In this document: piece by piece, positions 1 through 13,712 of the stretch
How the letters are laid out: each line of letters starts with the position of its first letter
Position numbering within the stretch: position 1 is the stretch's first letter
From: Octopus sinensis
Lineage: Eukaryota
Assembly (NCBI RefSeq): GCF_006345805.1
Contig: NC_043013.1
Coordinates: 57,970,001 to 58,034,000, forward strand
DNA length: 64,000 nt
Direction: 5' to 3'
Position numbers and translations under genes: made by a program
Notes under the pieces: generated by a model
Seen by the model: only the letters and a program-made list of their open reading frames with translations
The model's database searches: none
Told to the model about the DNA's origin: nothing

Positions 1-152
1 CCTCTTCGAATCTTCGGCGTATTTTTTATTCGTAATGCTAATATATATATATATATATATACTAAGTAATTAAGGGTTTAGCAACGATTTGCCTCACCAC
101 ACACCGAATTTAGAAATAGCAGTCAAAGAGTTATAGCTATTCTTTCTACTAA

Positions 153-192
<40 letters not shown>

Positions 193-762
193 AAGGGTAT
201 GTGAGTGAGTTATGATGTGTGCATATATGTGTGTGGTGTGTATATATATATATATATGCATACATGCGTGTGCGTATGTGAGTGTGTTTGTGTGTATATG
301 TATACATATTCCCATTCCTTTATCTCTGTGCATGCTCACTTTTTTCTCTCTCCCTTTCATTCATTATTCATTTAGTGATTTTTCTTCATATTTTTCCTTA
401 TCCTTTTCTTTGTCTTTTTCTCTTGTTCTTTCCATCATTGAATCATATTCTTCTAATTATTTTTATTCTCTAATTAACCCTTTCAAATCCTCAAGGAATA
501 GCAAAAGTGGCGATACGTTAATCTTTATATAGGTTTATCTGATTGCTATTAGGAAATGCTATTTCGGGTTCGCTCTCAAGAAATAAACCTTTCCATTAAT
601 ATCCCTACGGTGTTCAAAGTTGAAATTTGCCTTTTCTAAAAATTACCCGATAATGAAATCATTAAAGCAAGTTGATTCTATTGTTATCCCAAAATAGGTA
701 TATATATACATATATATAATATATATAAACATATATAAAATATACTATATATATATATATAT

Positions 763-801
<39 letters not shown>

Positions 802-2817
802 TATACATATATATATATATATATATGCAAAGGCAGGAAAAATGTATTTGAAAAGTGGCAACGAGATTGGCTGAAGAAAAGTAAACCCGTGTAAAGACGC
901 TTGTTATCATGCTGTCTTTAAGTAGGTTCGTCAATTCAGGGAAATAGAATTAAAAGTTAAGGATTTTTCAAACTTATTAAATTTACATTCACCTTTCTTT
1001 CTCTCTCTCTTTCTCCCTCACTCTCCTATTCTCTCCTTTTCTCCCTCTCTCTCCTTTTCAGTCTTTCTCTCCCACTCGCCTTCTCCCTCTCATTCCCTTT
1101 TCTCTCATTCTCTGTCTCCCTCACCCCCTCCCCTTTCTTTCTTTCTGAACAAGAAATGGCGATAACATATATACTGACAAGACTTAAAAATATACGGTTG
1201 CCCCAACACATACTGTAGCATGGAAAATATCGGGTGGGTTGAAGAAATTAGGTATACCGAAAGATAATGTCATATTTTCCAGTATATTATCTAATGCCAC
1301 AGCATAAGTAGTTTAGAAGCCAATAAAGACTGTCTTTGCATTCAGCCACTGAGCATATAATTAATGACCAAATGTTAAAAGGGAGACGCATTTTGTGTTT
1401 CAATGCTTTGTCCAACATTGTTCGACATTAATAACTTTGCAAGGGCAACAATCCAAAACGTGTGAGGTTAAACATTTGTAACGTTTATGTTTATGATGTG
1501 ACGGTTCAGAAATATCAAGTTCAGTTCGGATAAATCAAATATTATACGGAAAGTAATCCGACTCAATGTGAATTTTCTGAAACTCATGAGCACTTCGCTC
1601 TGGTTGGTTACTGTAGATCATTACACATGCGTTATTCAAGTCCATTAGAAATGTGTATTTAAAAAGAAAACATATCGAATATATATGCGCGCGTGTGTGT
1701 ATGTGTAGTGTTCATAGTGGATACAAAATGTAGCATATATAGTTTTTTTTTTATCTCCTTATTAATCTGTTTTCTATATAATAAACACGTTCTGACTTAT
1801 AACTGAATGACAAAGCTTCTAAATTATAAATGAATCCAGTGTTAAGAACCTGAAACGAATTCTTTGCAATTACCATAAACTGCAGCTATTGGCAGAACAC
1901 TATTTAGTGGTAATAAAGATCTATGTATTGGAAATCTAAACTAATTGCATGAAAATCTACTATTTGCGCTGTTTGGATTCATATAAAGGTTTTCTTAACA
2001 GACTTATTGATAAATACATTATATATTAATATGCATTAGCCAATTATTGATAAGGCAATAAATTCTATTATAATAGTGGACAAAGTTTAAATAACTTATT
2101 CACACCTTATTTCAAAATGAAAACACTTCCAATGAAAAAAGAGAAAACTCCTCTTTTTTTTTCACTTTACAAATGTCCAAACTAATTAGATATATACCAC
2201 GTTATTTCTTAGTCAGGGGAGAATTAACTGAGGTTTGCCTATTTCTGTCTCCTACATGGAAATTAAGGTGTACCGAGAACAAGAAGAAACAAACCATTTA
2301 TTGTCCTGTTGTGGTAGACAATATCTCAACACCTAACGTCATTTTCGGAACGGTGACGTTGTGTGTTTCATTGTAGCATACCTGAGGGAAAATAAATTCA
2401 TACGTTTTATAGGAATTGAGCAATACAAGACAAATACTCTTTATAAGTAGAGTACTAATACAACGCATAATATTATTTTGGAATTTATAGGGGATTACCT
2501 TGGCATTAGTAATTAAATTGTTCATATTTATTAGAATACCAGAGCTGTTAGAACTGGTAATGCAATGAGTCGCTATACGAAGCCACTTCAATTCCTCAGT
2601 TAACTTTCTGCACGACCCTCTTACACAGAACCCATTTCCGTTCTTTAATGTTTTTATAGTGATTTAAAAGCATATAATAACTTAAATGACTATCAGAAGA
2701 ATATTGCTGACATCATAAGAATTTAGTAATTTCAATAAAACATGAAATAATTCTGTTGGGGAAGAGTGAATCTTGAGGCAGGTAAAGCTATAAATATTAG
2801 CATGAAAATATTGGGTT

Positions 2818-2889
2818 TAAAACATTTTGGATTCGAACCCGTATCTCCAGTATACATAGCAGGCGCTCTACCAATGTAGCAAACATTTT
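2818..2889 (-). pseudogene. tRNA-like pseudogene or SINE head (tRNA-Thr(TGT)-like)
   Basis: The minus strand reads AAAATGT-TT-GCTACATTGGTAGAGC-G-CCTGC-TA TGT AT-ACTGG-AGAT-ACGGG-TTCGAAT-CCAAA-ATGTTTT. It has box A, box B and a 7-bp acceptor stem with two G-U pairs, but the anticodon and T stems are broken. Confidence 0.55.
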
Positions 2890-2918
2890 TAAATGGATAG
2901 AGTAATTGATGGGGTTAC

Positions 2919-2975
2919 TTTGCCCCAATGTTAGCACGTATGGCATTTTTGCAGGAGGGGTGGGTTCGAGTCCAA
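2919..2975 (+). pseudogene. second degenerate tRNA-like box A/box B sequence, divergent from the first
   Basis: TTGCCCCAATGTTAGCAC...GGGTTCGAGTCCAA aligns with the box A and box B of 2818-2889 in inverted orientation. Confidence 0.4.
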
Positions 2976-3180
2976 TGAAGGGATTCATCTACTTCGAAAT
3001 TCCTTGTGCCAAAAATTAAATATAAAGAAATACATTTTTATTAAAATATTTTTATATTATATACCTTAAAATTTCTTTGACATAATTCACTAACACTATA
3101 GCCTTATGCTTTATATTTCTCATGACGATATGCAGATGAGAATTTCACTATCCACACAGATATGGTAGGTTAGCTATTTA

Positions 3181-3417
3181 AAGGCGGCGAGCTGCCAGAA
3201 ACGTTAGCGCACCGGGCGAAATGCTTAGCAGAATTTCGCCTGCTGCTACGTTCTGAGTTCAAATTCCGCCGAGGTCGACTTTGCCTTTCATCCTTTCGGG
3301 GTCGATAAATTAAATACCAGTTTCGCACTGGAGTCGATATAATCGACTTAATCCGTTTGTCTTTCCTTGTTTGTCCCCTCTGTGTTTAGACCCTTGTGGA
3401 TAGTAAAGAAATAGGTA
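3181..3417 (+). mobile_element. tRNA-derived SINE, family A (near full length)
   Basis: Head GGCGGCGAGCTG..GAAACGTTAG, box B-like GAGTTCAAATTCC, body GTCGACTTTGCCTTTCATCCTTTCGGGGTCGATAAA. At least 8 related copies lie in this window. Confidence 0.85.
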
Positions 3418-4130
3418 GGTTAGCTATTTATCATAAATTTAGGACCCATAAGTTCACTCACTGTGACCCAAGGGAATAACAGTACTTAACTACTACTAAT
3501 TTGGTCTGGCTGTCTATACCTGTAATACACGGTACACTCTGAATGCTGTGTTTGTACGGTATAACACATTCTGGTTTGTCCTTCCCCATAGTTAGCTGAA
3601 CAATGATTCAATGTATGAAAGCCATGACTATCTCGTTACATTCAAGCAAAATTTATAAATTTATTACATAACAAAACGTAGTTTTTGTTTTACGAAGTGT
3701 TTTGTTACTATTTTTGCAAGCAGTTTCTCCACGTGTCGGCTTTCTTAATAGCCTGATTGTTCAGTGGTTTTGGTGGTCAGAAACAGTGTATTTAATGTTT
3801 AAGAGACCGTAACTTGGAGAGGAATGGTTCTCATCTAGGTTATTACAAAGAGATGAAAAACATCTAATTGGTTTCCCTGCAGCGCAATCTATTACGGCAT
3901 TCACTTACACATGGAATATATATATATTCATTGATGCTGCGCGCTTAATTTTCCTGTTAATTGCTATCCATTTGAGTTTTAAAATCTTTCTTTAATTAAC
4001 ATGTATCTTTGGCTATATTTAGCCTAATTTTTTTCTTTTCTTATGATAGAGTTTGAATCACGTCTTCCCAAGTTTATCGTCACACGATTCATTAAATTAA
4101 TGGCTGCTATATATACATACATACATACAA

Positions 4131-4216
<86 letters not shown>

Positions 4217-5929
4217 ATATATATTATATATATATATTATATATATAGGCATTCTTTTACTGAAGTATAAATAGAGATGCTTTTGCTGCATGATTCAGAA
4301 TATTTGAATAAATATGTTTCTTTCTAAAAACAGAGTGAAAGTATTTTAGAATTTATTTTACAACAAATTCTGAGCAATTCATTTCTAATACTTGTATGAT
4401 CATTTGACTTCCACAATCAGTAGACAACCCTTCCTCAAATACACGCTGTTGTCTCAAATAAAGGATACAGTTATTTTAAGACTTTCAGTTTCCCAAATAC
4501 CCACATAATGAGAAAGGTTATTATTTGAAGGTATTAGTCCACATTTCTGTTGGTCCATGCTCGATCAGAAGCTAGGAAACAAGAAAACAAAGTTCAGCTG
4601 CACACAACTAATGTTGGTGGGGGTAGGGCTCTTTCGATATACTGAAATCGGTTGCTCCTCTTTGTCGGTTAAGCGACCACGTGAGTAGTTCCTTTACTGT
4701 CACCGTTGGCGCTGCTGTTATTATTTAGCCACAGATCAAGCCTGTCCAGAAATGACGTAAACAAAATAATTTTCTGTTCGTTACAACACTGATTGTTCAT
4801 TGTTACCAAGGACAATAGTCTACAAAGAATTCTTTTTCCACATTTTCAAACCGCAGTGTTTCATTTTGGAGAACTTTGGCTTCTCTATCTCTAACGATTC
4901 AACAACTACATGGAAACCTCCCTGTATAAAGTGCTTTTGAAACATATCACGCCTTGAAGGCAACAATAACACCGTGTTGTACGAAGAAGGTAGAAACATG
5001 AGACAGCGCTAATAGTGTAGACTGAATTATTATTTAAGTAATTTAAGTGGTATGAATAAATGTTCAAATACTAATTGGTTTGTGTCTGAAAGTGGTTTTA
5101 GGAAGTTCTTAACGAATTTTTTTCTCTCCAGAGAGTTTATGTTCCGTTTAATGTATGAGACACAAAACAAATGTGGACAAAACAATTAGAAATAGTTATT
5201 TCAATTAGGTTGTTCTTACTGAACAATAAATTTATAATGCTGGTTCACAAGATGACTTTAAAAATATGAAGTCAAACACTGCAAAGAGGGAAAGTCTACG
5301 AGGCTGGATGGCCAGGTACAAATAGCGGCCAGTTATTATACCTATGGCAGTACAGTTATTTTAAAATGGGGGACTTTAACGTGTCCTACGAGAAATAACT
5401 AGATAGCCATAGCTGGAACGCTATCATCTTAAGAAGGAAATATTGTACTACATAGACCTTGCAATGCATAGCGTCAGAATATGATCATAACGCTGATCAG
5501 ATGTACGTTTTATCAACGCTGCGATGTGTCTTAATTTCTCCCGAATTCTATTTCAGTCGTATCTTAGACTTCGTATTCTAATGTTGGTTTCAAATTTTGG
5601 TACAAGGCCAGCAATTTCGGTGGGGTTGGGCTGAATTGATTATGTCGACCCCAGGGCCCACTTGTTTCATCGACCCTAAAAGGATGAGAAGCAGAATTTG
5701 GAGTGAGCAAGTAAAGATCGACGAAATGCCGCGACGCATGTCACCCGGCTTGCTACTGATTCTGCTCATGATTCCACGCTTTACTTGGTATTCTAATATT
5801 GAGACATGCAAACCTATCGATCTTGTTATAACTCAGATCGGCGAGCTCATAGGGAGATTTGAGAGGTTCGCAAATTTTGTAAAAATATTTGTAGCAATAA
5901 ATCACAAGAAATACAATAATCAGGTACAG

Positions 5930-6110
5930 GGCGGCGATCTGGCAGAACTGTTAGTACGCCGGTTGTGAGTTCAAATTCCACCGTGGTTGACTTTGCCTTT
6001 CATCCTTTCGTGGTCGATAAAATAAATATCAGATAAGTACTGGGGCCGATGTAATCGACTTACATCCCCCACCCACGAAATTGCTGGGCTTATGCCAAAA
6101 TTTGAAATTT
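5930..6110 (+). mobile_element. SINE family A copy
   Basis: GGCGGCGATCTGGCAGAA...GAGTTCAAATTCCACCGTGGTTGACTTTGCCTTTCATCCTTTCG matches the copy at 3181. Confidence 0.8.
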
Positions 6111-6199
6111 GAAATCAACTTAATAATCAGGTACATGACATAGTTGTGAATTTATTATAAATAACAAAACTCACCCTGGCTTTCTACCATTTTTAATAC

Positions 6200-7000
6200 C
6201 AAAAGGCTAAGACTGTCATTTGAGAGAACGGTTACTTTCATATCTTTATGTACGGGACAGTATGACATTTAATATTTGCTCGGGAATCTCGAGGTGTATT
6301 CATACTTCCCACAAAGCCTGCCGACATACAGAGTCAAAAGCTTTTGTAAAGTCAATAAATGCCACACAGAGGTCTTTATCATGCTCCGGGGCCTTCTTAA
6401 CTTGTCGCAAACTGAATATCATACCCACTGTACCTCGACCTGACCTAAACTGTCACTGATCCTCTGGACAGACATAACCGACTAGGTTAGCGTTAATTCT
6501 ATTTAAGATTAATCTAGAGAGGGCTTTTCCTACAACAGAGAGCAGCGATGTGCCATGACGATCGTTACATGCACAGCTATTTCCTTTTTACTTATATAGA
6601 TGTACAATCGATGAATCATTAAATTGTTGAGGGACAGTTCCTACTTGCTACATTTGGATTAGAAGCTCTGTCGATTTATCTATCAAAATATTTACGTCAC
6701 ATTGAAAAGAATCTCCCGGAATACCATCCTTTCTTGGATCTGTCCGATTTGTCAATTGTTCTATAGCCGCTTTCACCGCTTCCAAACATGCATTCAATGC
6801 AAGGTACTAGATTAAGGTCTTCAACTTAGTTCATGTCAACATTTGAATCTCAATTGAGGACATCTTTAAAATGTTCTGCCCGTTTCACAATGTCAATACG
6901 TCAGTGAGAAGATTCTCTTCCTTAGAAAGAACTGGACAGTACCCGTCTTTATGTGGGCCACATACTCTTTTCAAATTTTGATAGGGACCTTTCAAGTCAG
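6200..7000 (-). mobile_element. RTE-clade LINE reverse transcriptase remnant
   Basis: The minus strand translates to QFRSGRGTVGMIFSLRQ...DLCVAFIDFTKAFDSVCRQALW, the RT motifs typical of RTE/BovB. The flanks carry many stops. Confidence 0.75.
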
Positions 7001-7394
7001 GTTTGTCAGAACTTTAGCCTTTTGCTTCCATGTTTACTTCTCAATAACCGTGCTATAAGCGGTTTTGCTTTTAGGGGGAATTTTTCGGTCTTAAACTCAA
7101 GTTCAAGCCCTCCAGTGACGTTCTGTTTTGTTGATTAATGTGTTTATTTTCATTCTCAGATAATTTGACCTTCGTTATAATCAGAACTTTTATTCAAATT
7201 AGAAAAATTCAACTAAATTTTACAATTATTCTGATGTATGCCTTAGTTTACATAGTTGAGAACAAAATAAAATAAAATAGAACATAAGAAAAACACCAAC
7301 GATAAAGGGGTTGTTCTTATTACGTAAAAGAAAAACGACCAAAACAAACAAGGGGCTGAAATGAATCTGTAAAATTCATAGGACTACTTTATCG

Positions 7395-7590
7395 GATTCA
7401 AATTTTCGCACAAGGCCTGAAATTTCGACAAAGGCAGTTCTCAACTGGTACTTATTTTATCGACCCCGAGAAGATACAATACCGAGGTGACCTTGGCAGA
7501 ATTTCAACTCAGAACACGCAGACAAATGAAATACTGCTAGAACATTTGGCCCAGCAATGAGCTAACGATTCAGCCAGCGCGCCATCTTTA
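7395..7590 (-). mobile_element. SINE family A copy (degenerate)
   Basis: Reverse complement of the family A head and body (ttatcgacccc...gaatttcaactcagaac...gctaacgattcagccagc). Confidence 0.7.
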
Positions 7591-10288
7591 CGCTATACAA
7601 CTCTTGTCTTATTCTGTTTTTAAAGAGACAGTTGAGACACACTGCGAAGTTGCAGCCAAACAGCAATCGTCAACAGCACACACACACACACACATACACA
7701 CACACACACACGTGTGTGTGTGTGTGTGTGTATGAGCGTGAATGCGTGTGTGTTTGGTGATTTATATGAAAATGGAGTGGCACAATCCAGAGTAGAAGCT
7801 GAATGAAGTTGAAGTCGATACAATGCTGATTCAAAACCGCAGAGTTAATCACAGAGATTCTCTCTCATGGACGTTTTTGTTATTTATCGTTTCCTTTGTC
7901 ATTTGACTCTAATTTACACTTCTTACATTTTTCGAAAGCACACGTTTTCATTTATTATCCATATGTGTGTGTGTGTGCGCGCGCGAACGCATGTGTACAT
8001 TTGTATGTGTGTGTGTGTATGCGTGTGTGAGAGGTGAGAGAGAAAGAGGACTCATAGTTGAGTGCCAGAATAACACCTTATTTAATCAAAGTCTCGAATA
8101 TAAAAATTATTTATTTGGGAAATACATTTCTGCCTATATAGGGAACGGTATTAACAATGAGAATAGTCAATGCAGACGTATGTAAGAAAAATGTATGTCC
8201 AGAATATGAACTCACCCATAACTGCACTGTAATGAGGGAAGCGAGTTGTATGGTAGCTGCTACCATCAGGGATCAGACAATAATCGGTCTTGGAGTTGTT
8301 ATTAGCCAGATTAGAAAACAAAAAAAGCACTTCATTATTCCATTGCACGTGGTAGTGAGTGCGACAGAGGAATTAGAGATATACACGTACGTTTTCTCTA
8401 AGAAATGTCTGGTCAGAGCGTACACCGTCATCATTCTATTGCTTTGTTCAGGAAGTTGTTGAGAAATGTAAGAACCACGATGGAAGGAAATGAAAGCCAC
8501 GAAAGATGCTGTGCCAAACCCCGCAGATTCTATAAGCATTGCGATAATACCAGTGAAATATCGCAACCATCATATCTTAATGATACCGAGTTAATCCTAA
8601 GATAATACAAGCAAAATATTCTATTTCGGATGATGGATCCGAGTACATGATTGATGAATATCATAACATTGAACTCTCTACAGAAGAGGGTTCGTGATTC
8701 AAAAACAGTTTGGGACTTCACAGCCCAGATATGTTCAGTTGTGGAGCACCAATTTAGCAGCTGATGATCGTAACGGAAGATGGTTCGACATTAGGAAGCC
8801 TCATCCTGTCATCCTAGGTGTCAGCATTTTAGTATTGTATTGCTCTTATTTTTGTTTCTTTTGTATCTGTTTTTTAACGAGTGCACTACCCTTCTACAAA
8901 GAAACCTGCAATGCGGCTTTCACATTCCACATCACCCGACCAATTTCCGCTTTGGCATATATACGTATTTAAGAGTAGAATATATGTGGGGGGGGAGATA
9001 GGGGAAATAGATATTTAGATGGAAGGAGTTATATTTTATCACTTACAAATAATATAGCCAAACGGAAAATGATTTCGAAATGATACTTCACAAATATTTC
9101 TAAAGTTCTTTGAAGTCTGCCCTCTATATTGTATCTGTGTTTAAGTATGTTTCAATGTATATGGAGGTATACACTGGAGGTCGAATTTTGTTTCGATCAT
9201 CCAACATCGAATTGATATTTGTAGCAAATGCGAAATTAGTTTATCTTCCCCTTGAAAACCCAACAATCTGTGGCTATTTTGCCAGTTTTTTTTTTTTATC
9301 TTTTCAATAATCATGGTTAATGTTGCGTATGTTTAAATTCTTGAATAAGCCGGTTTGATTGTCAGAAATTCTCTTTAAAGCACCGTCATCTGTTGAGCTT
9401 AAAGATAAAAAAATAATAATTTAATTAGCTTTTTGTAATTTAAAAAATAAATATTTATACTTATCACCCACTCATACACATACAAACACGCTCACACTCA
9501 CACATCGTATTTATCATCGTTCTACTCATGCACACACAAAAGATATGGGATGGGGGTTAAAAAAAAAGGGAACGAAACATTGGAAATAGGATCCTTAAAT
9601 TCCTAAACTCACTGAAAATGATGATACAAATACGACAGCAACAAATGGCAATAACAGTGATGTTGATGATTGGGATAGTAATAATGATGATGATAATGAT
9701 GGTGGTGATGGCGGCAGGGGTGGTGGGTTCGGCTGGGATGAGGAAAAGGAGAAAGAAGTGAATAGTGATGGTGTTGGGGTGGTGATGGTAACAGTGCTGA
9801 TCCACTACTATTATTACTGTTTTCACACACAGTACGAAAAAATGCACCCATTTTGCACTGTAAGATTTGCACGCCATCAAAGCTGACCCGGTGTTCCTCT
9901 TTTTTTATTGTGAGTTATTTACGCTCTGTTGCCCATACATTTATGTGCGGGTGAATGTGTGTCTCTGTGGCACTGTGTGTGTATTTTTGTGTGCCTGTGC
10001 TTTTGTGTATGCATTAGTTTTGAACGACCAGTTACAGAAGTTACTCAGGGCCTCGAGTAATAAATATTAAATTGTCTACATGGATACCACGTTGAAAATT
10101 CCTTTTCTCCAGCGTCAAATCACAAATGCATTTTTCTTTTTTCCGCTTTTCTTCATTATGTTTTAGACTAGATGGAAGGCAGTATTCATTTGCTCTTGCA
10201 CGATCTCCGAAACAGATGGGAGAAATGTTTTCAACGGAATGAACTCTCGTTTTAGGTTCACAATTGACTCGGTGTTAAACCAGGTGGC

Positions 10289-10319
<31 letters not shown>

Positions 10320-10549
10320 AGTGATGTCGACTATGGTAAGCATTTAATCTCAGAACTGAAAGAACAACAATCACTGCAAGTGAGTTCTATATTTTCCCAT
10401 CCAGGAGCCGTAAAAGGATGGAAGCATAGAGCTGTTCTGGGCCGGATTTGAACTCAGTGTACTAGAACGAAAACAATACAAACTTTCTCCGACTGTCGAA
10501 CGCCACCTATTCCTTATACAATAAGTCACTAATGTGTGTGTGTGTGTGT

Positions 10550-10584
<35 letters not shown>

Positions 10585-10587
<3 letters not shown>

Positions 10588-10915
10588 ATCTTCTACCTGT
10601 TTCAATCATTTGACTACGGCCATGCTGGGGCACCGCCTTGAAGAATTTTAGTTGAACAAATCGAAGCTAGTATTTCATTGTAAAGCCCGAGACATATTCT
10701 CTCTGTCTCTTTCTCTGAAACGCTAAGTTACGTCAATACACTAAAACTATTTGTCGAGAGATGATGGGAGAGAAACACACACGCACATATGTATATACAA
10801 CCTGCTTCTTTCTGCTTCCGTCTACCGAATCCATTCCCAAGGCTTTGACTGCTCGAGGCTATACTAGAAGACATTTTCCCAAGGTGCCACACGGTGACAC
10901 TAAATCCGAAACCAT
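10585..10915 (-). mobile_element. tRNA-derived SINE, family B
   Basis: Reverse complement of the element at 16454-16812 (ccatgctggggcaccgcc...gtctaccgaatcc...aaggctttg...ccaaggtgccac). Confidence 0.7.
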
Positions 10916-11144
10916 GTCTGTGCCTATCTGATATATACCAGAATAAGCATATGAATGTGAAACAAAGTGGATAGAATAATACCGGATAGAGAAAAATGTG
11001 CTTTCTTAACCTCAGTAAAAGGTTTTGGGATGCTTTTTCAGCTTTATTAATACAGTGTGTGTATACATATGTGTGTGTGCGTTCGTGTATGTGTAACTGA
11101 AGAAGTTTAAGTCAACAAGTGGGAGAACAGTTGGACAGTTCTTA

Positions 11145-11250
11145 ATCACGACAGCTGTTTCGACGCAACGTAGTTCTCCAGGAATACAGATATTTGATTA
11201 TGCAACTGTTTGTTTGCATATTTAGATTTAGTTGTGTTTCATCATGTGAT
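11145..11250 (-). ncRNA. degenerate hammerhead ribozyme motif (left arm of fold-back)
   Basis: Minus strand: ATCAC | ATGATGA (C3>A) | AACACAAC...GTTGCGTC | GAAA | ACAGCTGT palindrome | C (GUC site) | GTGAT. Stem I ATCAC/GTGAT is perfect. Confidence 0.6.
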
Positions 11251-11314
11251 ATACGAGTGTTGTCTCTGTCAGTTTAAAATCGTCGACTGCAACTAACGGA
11301 AACAACACACGCAT

Positions 11315-11416
11315 ATTACCTGAGGAAACACAACTAGATCTCATTACGCAAAGAGTTGCATAATCAAATACAAGTATTCTTGGAGGACTACGTTGCCTTG
11401 AAATAATTGTAGCGAG
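11315..11416 (+). ncRNA. degenerate hammerhead ribozyme motif (right arm of fold-back)
   Basis: CTGAGGA at 11320-11326, GAAA at 11400-11403, quasi-palindrome ATAATTGT, then A. Stem I is decayed. This is an inverted copy of 11145-11250. Confidence 0.5.
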
Positions 11417-11602
11417 GAAAAAACAACTCTGCAAATGTACACCTTGTTGGCTGCAGTTTCTTCAATTTAATACTCACAGACGACGAATGTCCAAACTTAA
11501 ACTTGGAAGTATATAATAACACTAGTGATAGTGCTGGGTAATTCTGAGTGTGGCCGAGCTTTATACTGTACTCTACCACGTTCCTAACGGAATATATCAT
11601 AA

Positions 11603-11918
11603 CCACACACACACACACACACACATACACACACACACATATATACATACATACATATATATACATATATATATATATATACACATACATGTATATATAT
11701 ATATATACATACATACATACATATACATATATATACACATACATGTATATCTATATATATATACACACATACGTGTATGTATATATATATATATACATAC
11801 ATACATACATACATACATATATGTACATACAAACATACATATATGTATACAGAGATATATATGCATACACACAAACACACGCACACAGATACACACACAC
11901 ACACACACACACACACAT
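11603..11918. repeat. compound (CA)/(TA)/(CATA) microsatellite
   Basis: Visible directly; it generates the spurious H/T/Y/I and C/V/M ORFs. Confidence 0.95.
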
Positions 11919-12095
11919 GAAGTAGGAAACTGAGGAAAAGAAAGTCTTCAAAGGGGTGTGTTAAACATCCAATTCGAAACAATTTGTTGGCCTTTTGTGG
12001 TTTTTATGATTATTTATGTTATATATTATATTCATGGTATTTAATGTAATATTGTAATATAGATAAATTATTGGATTGTCAAATGAATATCTCTA

Positions 12096-12103
12096 TATTT
12101 AAT

Positions 12104-12157
<54 letters not shown>

Positions 12158-12170
12158 ATATATAATATAT

Positions 12171-12249
<79 letters not shown>

Positions 12250-12260
12250 TATATATATAT
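12096..12260. repeat. long (TA)n microsatellite
   Basis: Visible directly. Confidence 0.95.
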
Positions 12261-12298
12261 GAAGGAAGGTTTGAAAATGCAATCTTGAAAGATGTTTA

Positions 12299-12346
12299 TT
12301 CACTTGACCGGTTTCACTTTTTTAGAAAAAGATTGTCAAAAGTAAA
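12299..12346 (-). ncRNA. degenerate minimal hammerhead motif
   Basis: Minus strand: TTTACTT | TTGACAA (core CTGACGA with C3>T and G8>A) | TCTTTTT-CTA-AAAAAGT | GAAA | ACCGGT palindrome | C (GUC) | AAGTGAA. Stem I is 7 bp. Confidence 0.55.
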
Positions 12347-13504
12347 ATGTAAAAGATTTGTAAAAGCTTTGTTGTGTTAAGTACTGGTTGTCTCAACATA
12401 TTACAATACATATATACATTCTTTGATAATGATAAGAATAAGTTAAAAACAGTTTACAGGAACAATCTTGAGAAAATATTAAAAAGTTCGTTAAAAATAT
12501 TAGGATTTCATTAAAAATCATGTTTGTATGGAAGTATCTACATATATATATATACACAGAAAATTATAATTTCAAAAATTGTTTCTGTATTCGATACAAA
12601 CTTGGAGAGCTTGTTTCTCTCTTATTTTTGTGATTGTCTTTCTTTGTATTCATGCTATACCCTTTTAACATGAATGGAAGTTTGAATATTAGTTTATGAA
12701 TACCGGCAAAAAATACTTTTAAAACAGAATTCTTCAACAATGGCATTGTTGAACCATGATAAGTACACTACGAAATCTGAAGAGCAGCGTACATTGCATG
12801 CATTTAAACACGTTTTGAATTAATTGTATCGCAGTTCCTTATGAATTGGACGTCTTCCTTCTCTACAACAGTATCAGTGAACATCGTTTTACCTTGTTCA
12901 TCATCTTCTACACAGAAGCTACCGATTTGAGAAGTAATTTGAGCATTTTAATAGGTCTCGCGCTCATGCAGATCTCCCTCGTAAATCCGAACGAGAGTGT
13001 AGTTTATTTCTGTTTCGGACACAAAATTGTTATCTCTAAGATATCTCTGTATTAAACAAATACGAAACTTACTCTTGAAAGATGATCTTTTGCTTGCTAC
13101 TTAAATCTTAACAAAACTTTGCATTTAGTCTGGTATAAAGAACGCACTTGAAAATACCTCTAAAATGGACTTTCTCTATCTTCAATATAATCTTTGACCC
13201 AGTTTTCTCTGTTCAGCTCAATTCACATGTTTTACAGGACAATATCCTACAACAAACCCTTCTGTTATTCATTTTGGTTAAATGCTGACAGTCTCAGCAG
13301 TTGTTGGCCAACTCCAGCTTCTACCAAAATTAATTCCCTTTGAACTCTTTGAGGAAAGTGAAGTGCGTCAATGAAATCAATCTTATTAGTTCTTTCTCCC
13401 CAAATACTCCACAAAAGGAAAGTCCTTATCCAAATTATCTGACTCTTCCGTCGTAGCCACATTATAAGCAAAATGTACAACTTAACACACATTCACTCAA
13501 TTGG

Positions 13505-13712
13505 TTTCAAATTCTGGTACAGGGCTATTAATTTCATATGTTGGGGATAAGTCGATCACATTAACCCCCAGTTTTCAACTACTACTTGATTTATCGGCAC
13601 CGAAATGTAAAGTCACCCTCGGAGGAATTAAAACTCAGAACGCAAGGACAGAGGAAAGGCTGTTAAACATTTTGCGCAACTTGCTAACAATTCTGCTAGC
13701 TCGCCATCTTAG
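13505..13712 (-). mobile_element. SINE family A copy (degenerate)
   Basis: tttatcggcaccg...aaagtcaccctcggaggaattaaaactcagaacg...gctaacaattctgctagctcgcc is the reverse complement of family A. Confidence 0.7.

Noticed and set aside
2375-2600. Possible minus-strand exons with GT donors (CAG|GTATGC, AAG|GTAATC)
   Set aside because: The acceptors are weak, the implied intron is only 44 nt, and the peptide is unrecognisable.
11925-12000. GGGTGT/ACATCC stem plus GAAACAATTTGTT, HHR-like
   Set aside because: The core is unrecognisable and there is extra sequence before GAAA; too degenerate to call.
12560-13490. Possible decayed transposase on the minus strand
   Set aside because: It has many stops and no motif I can assign to a family.
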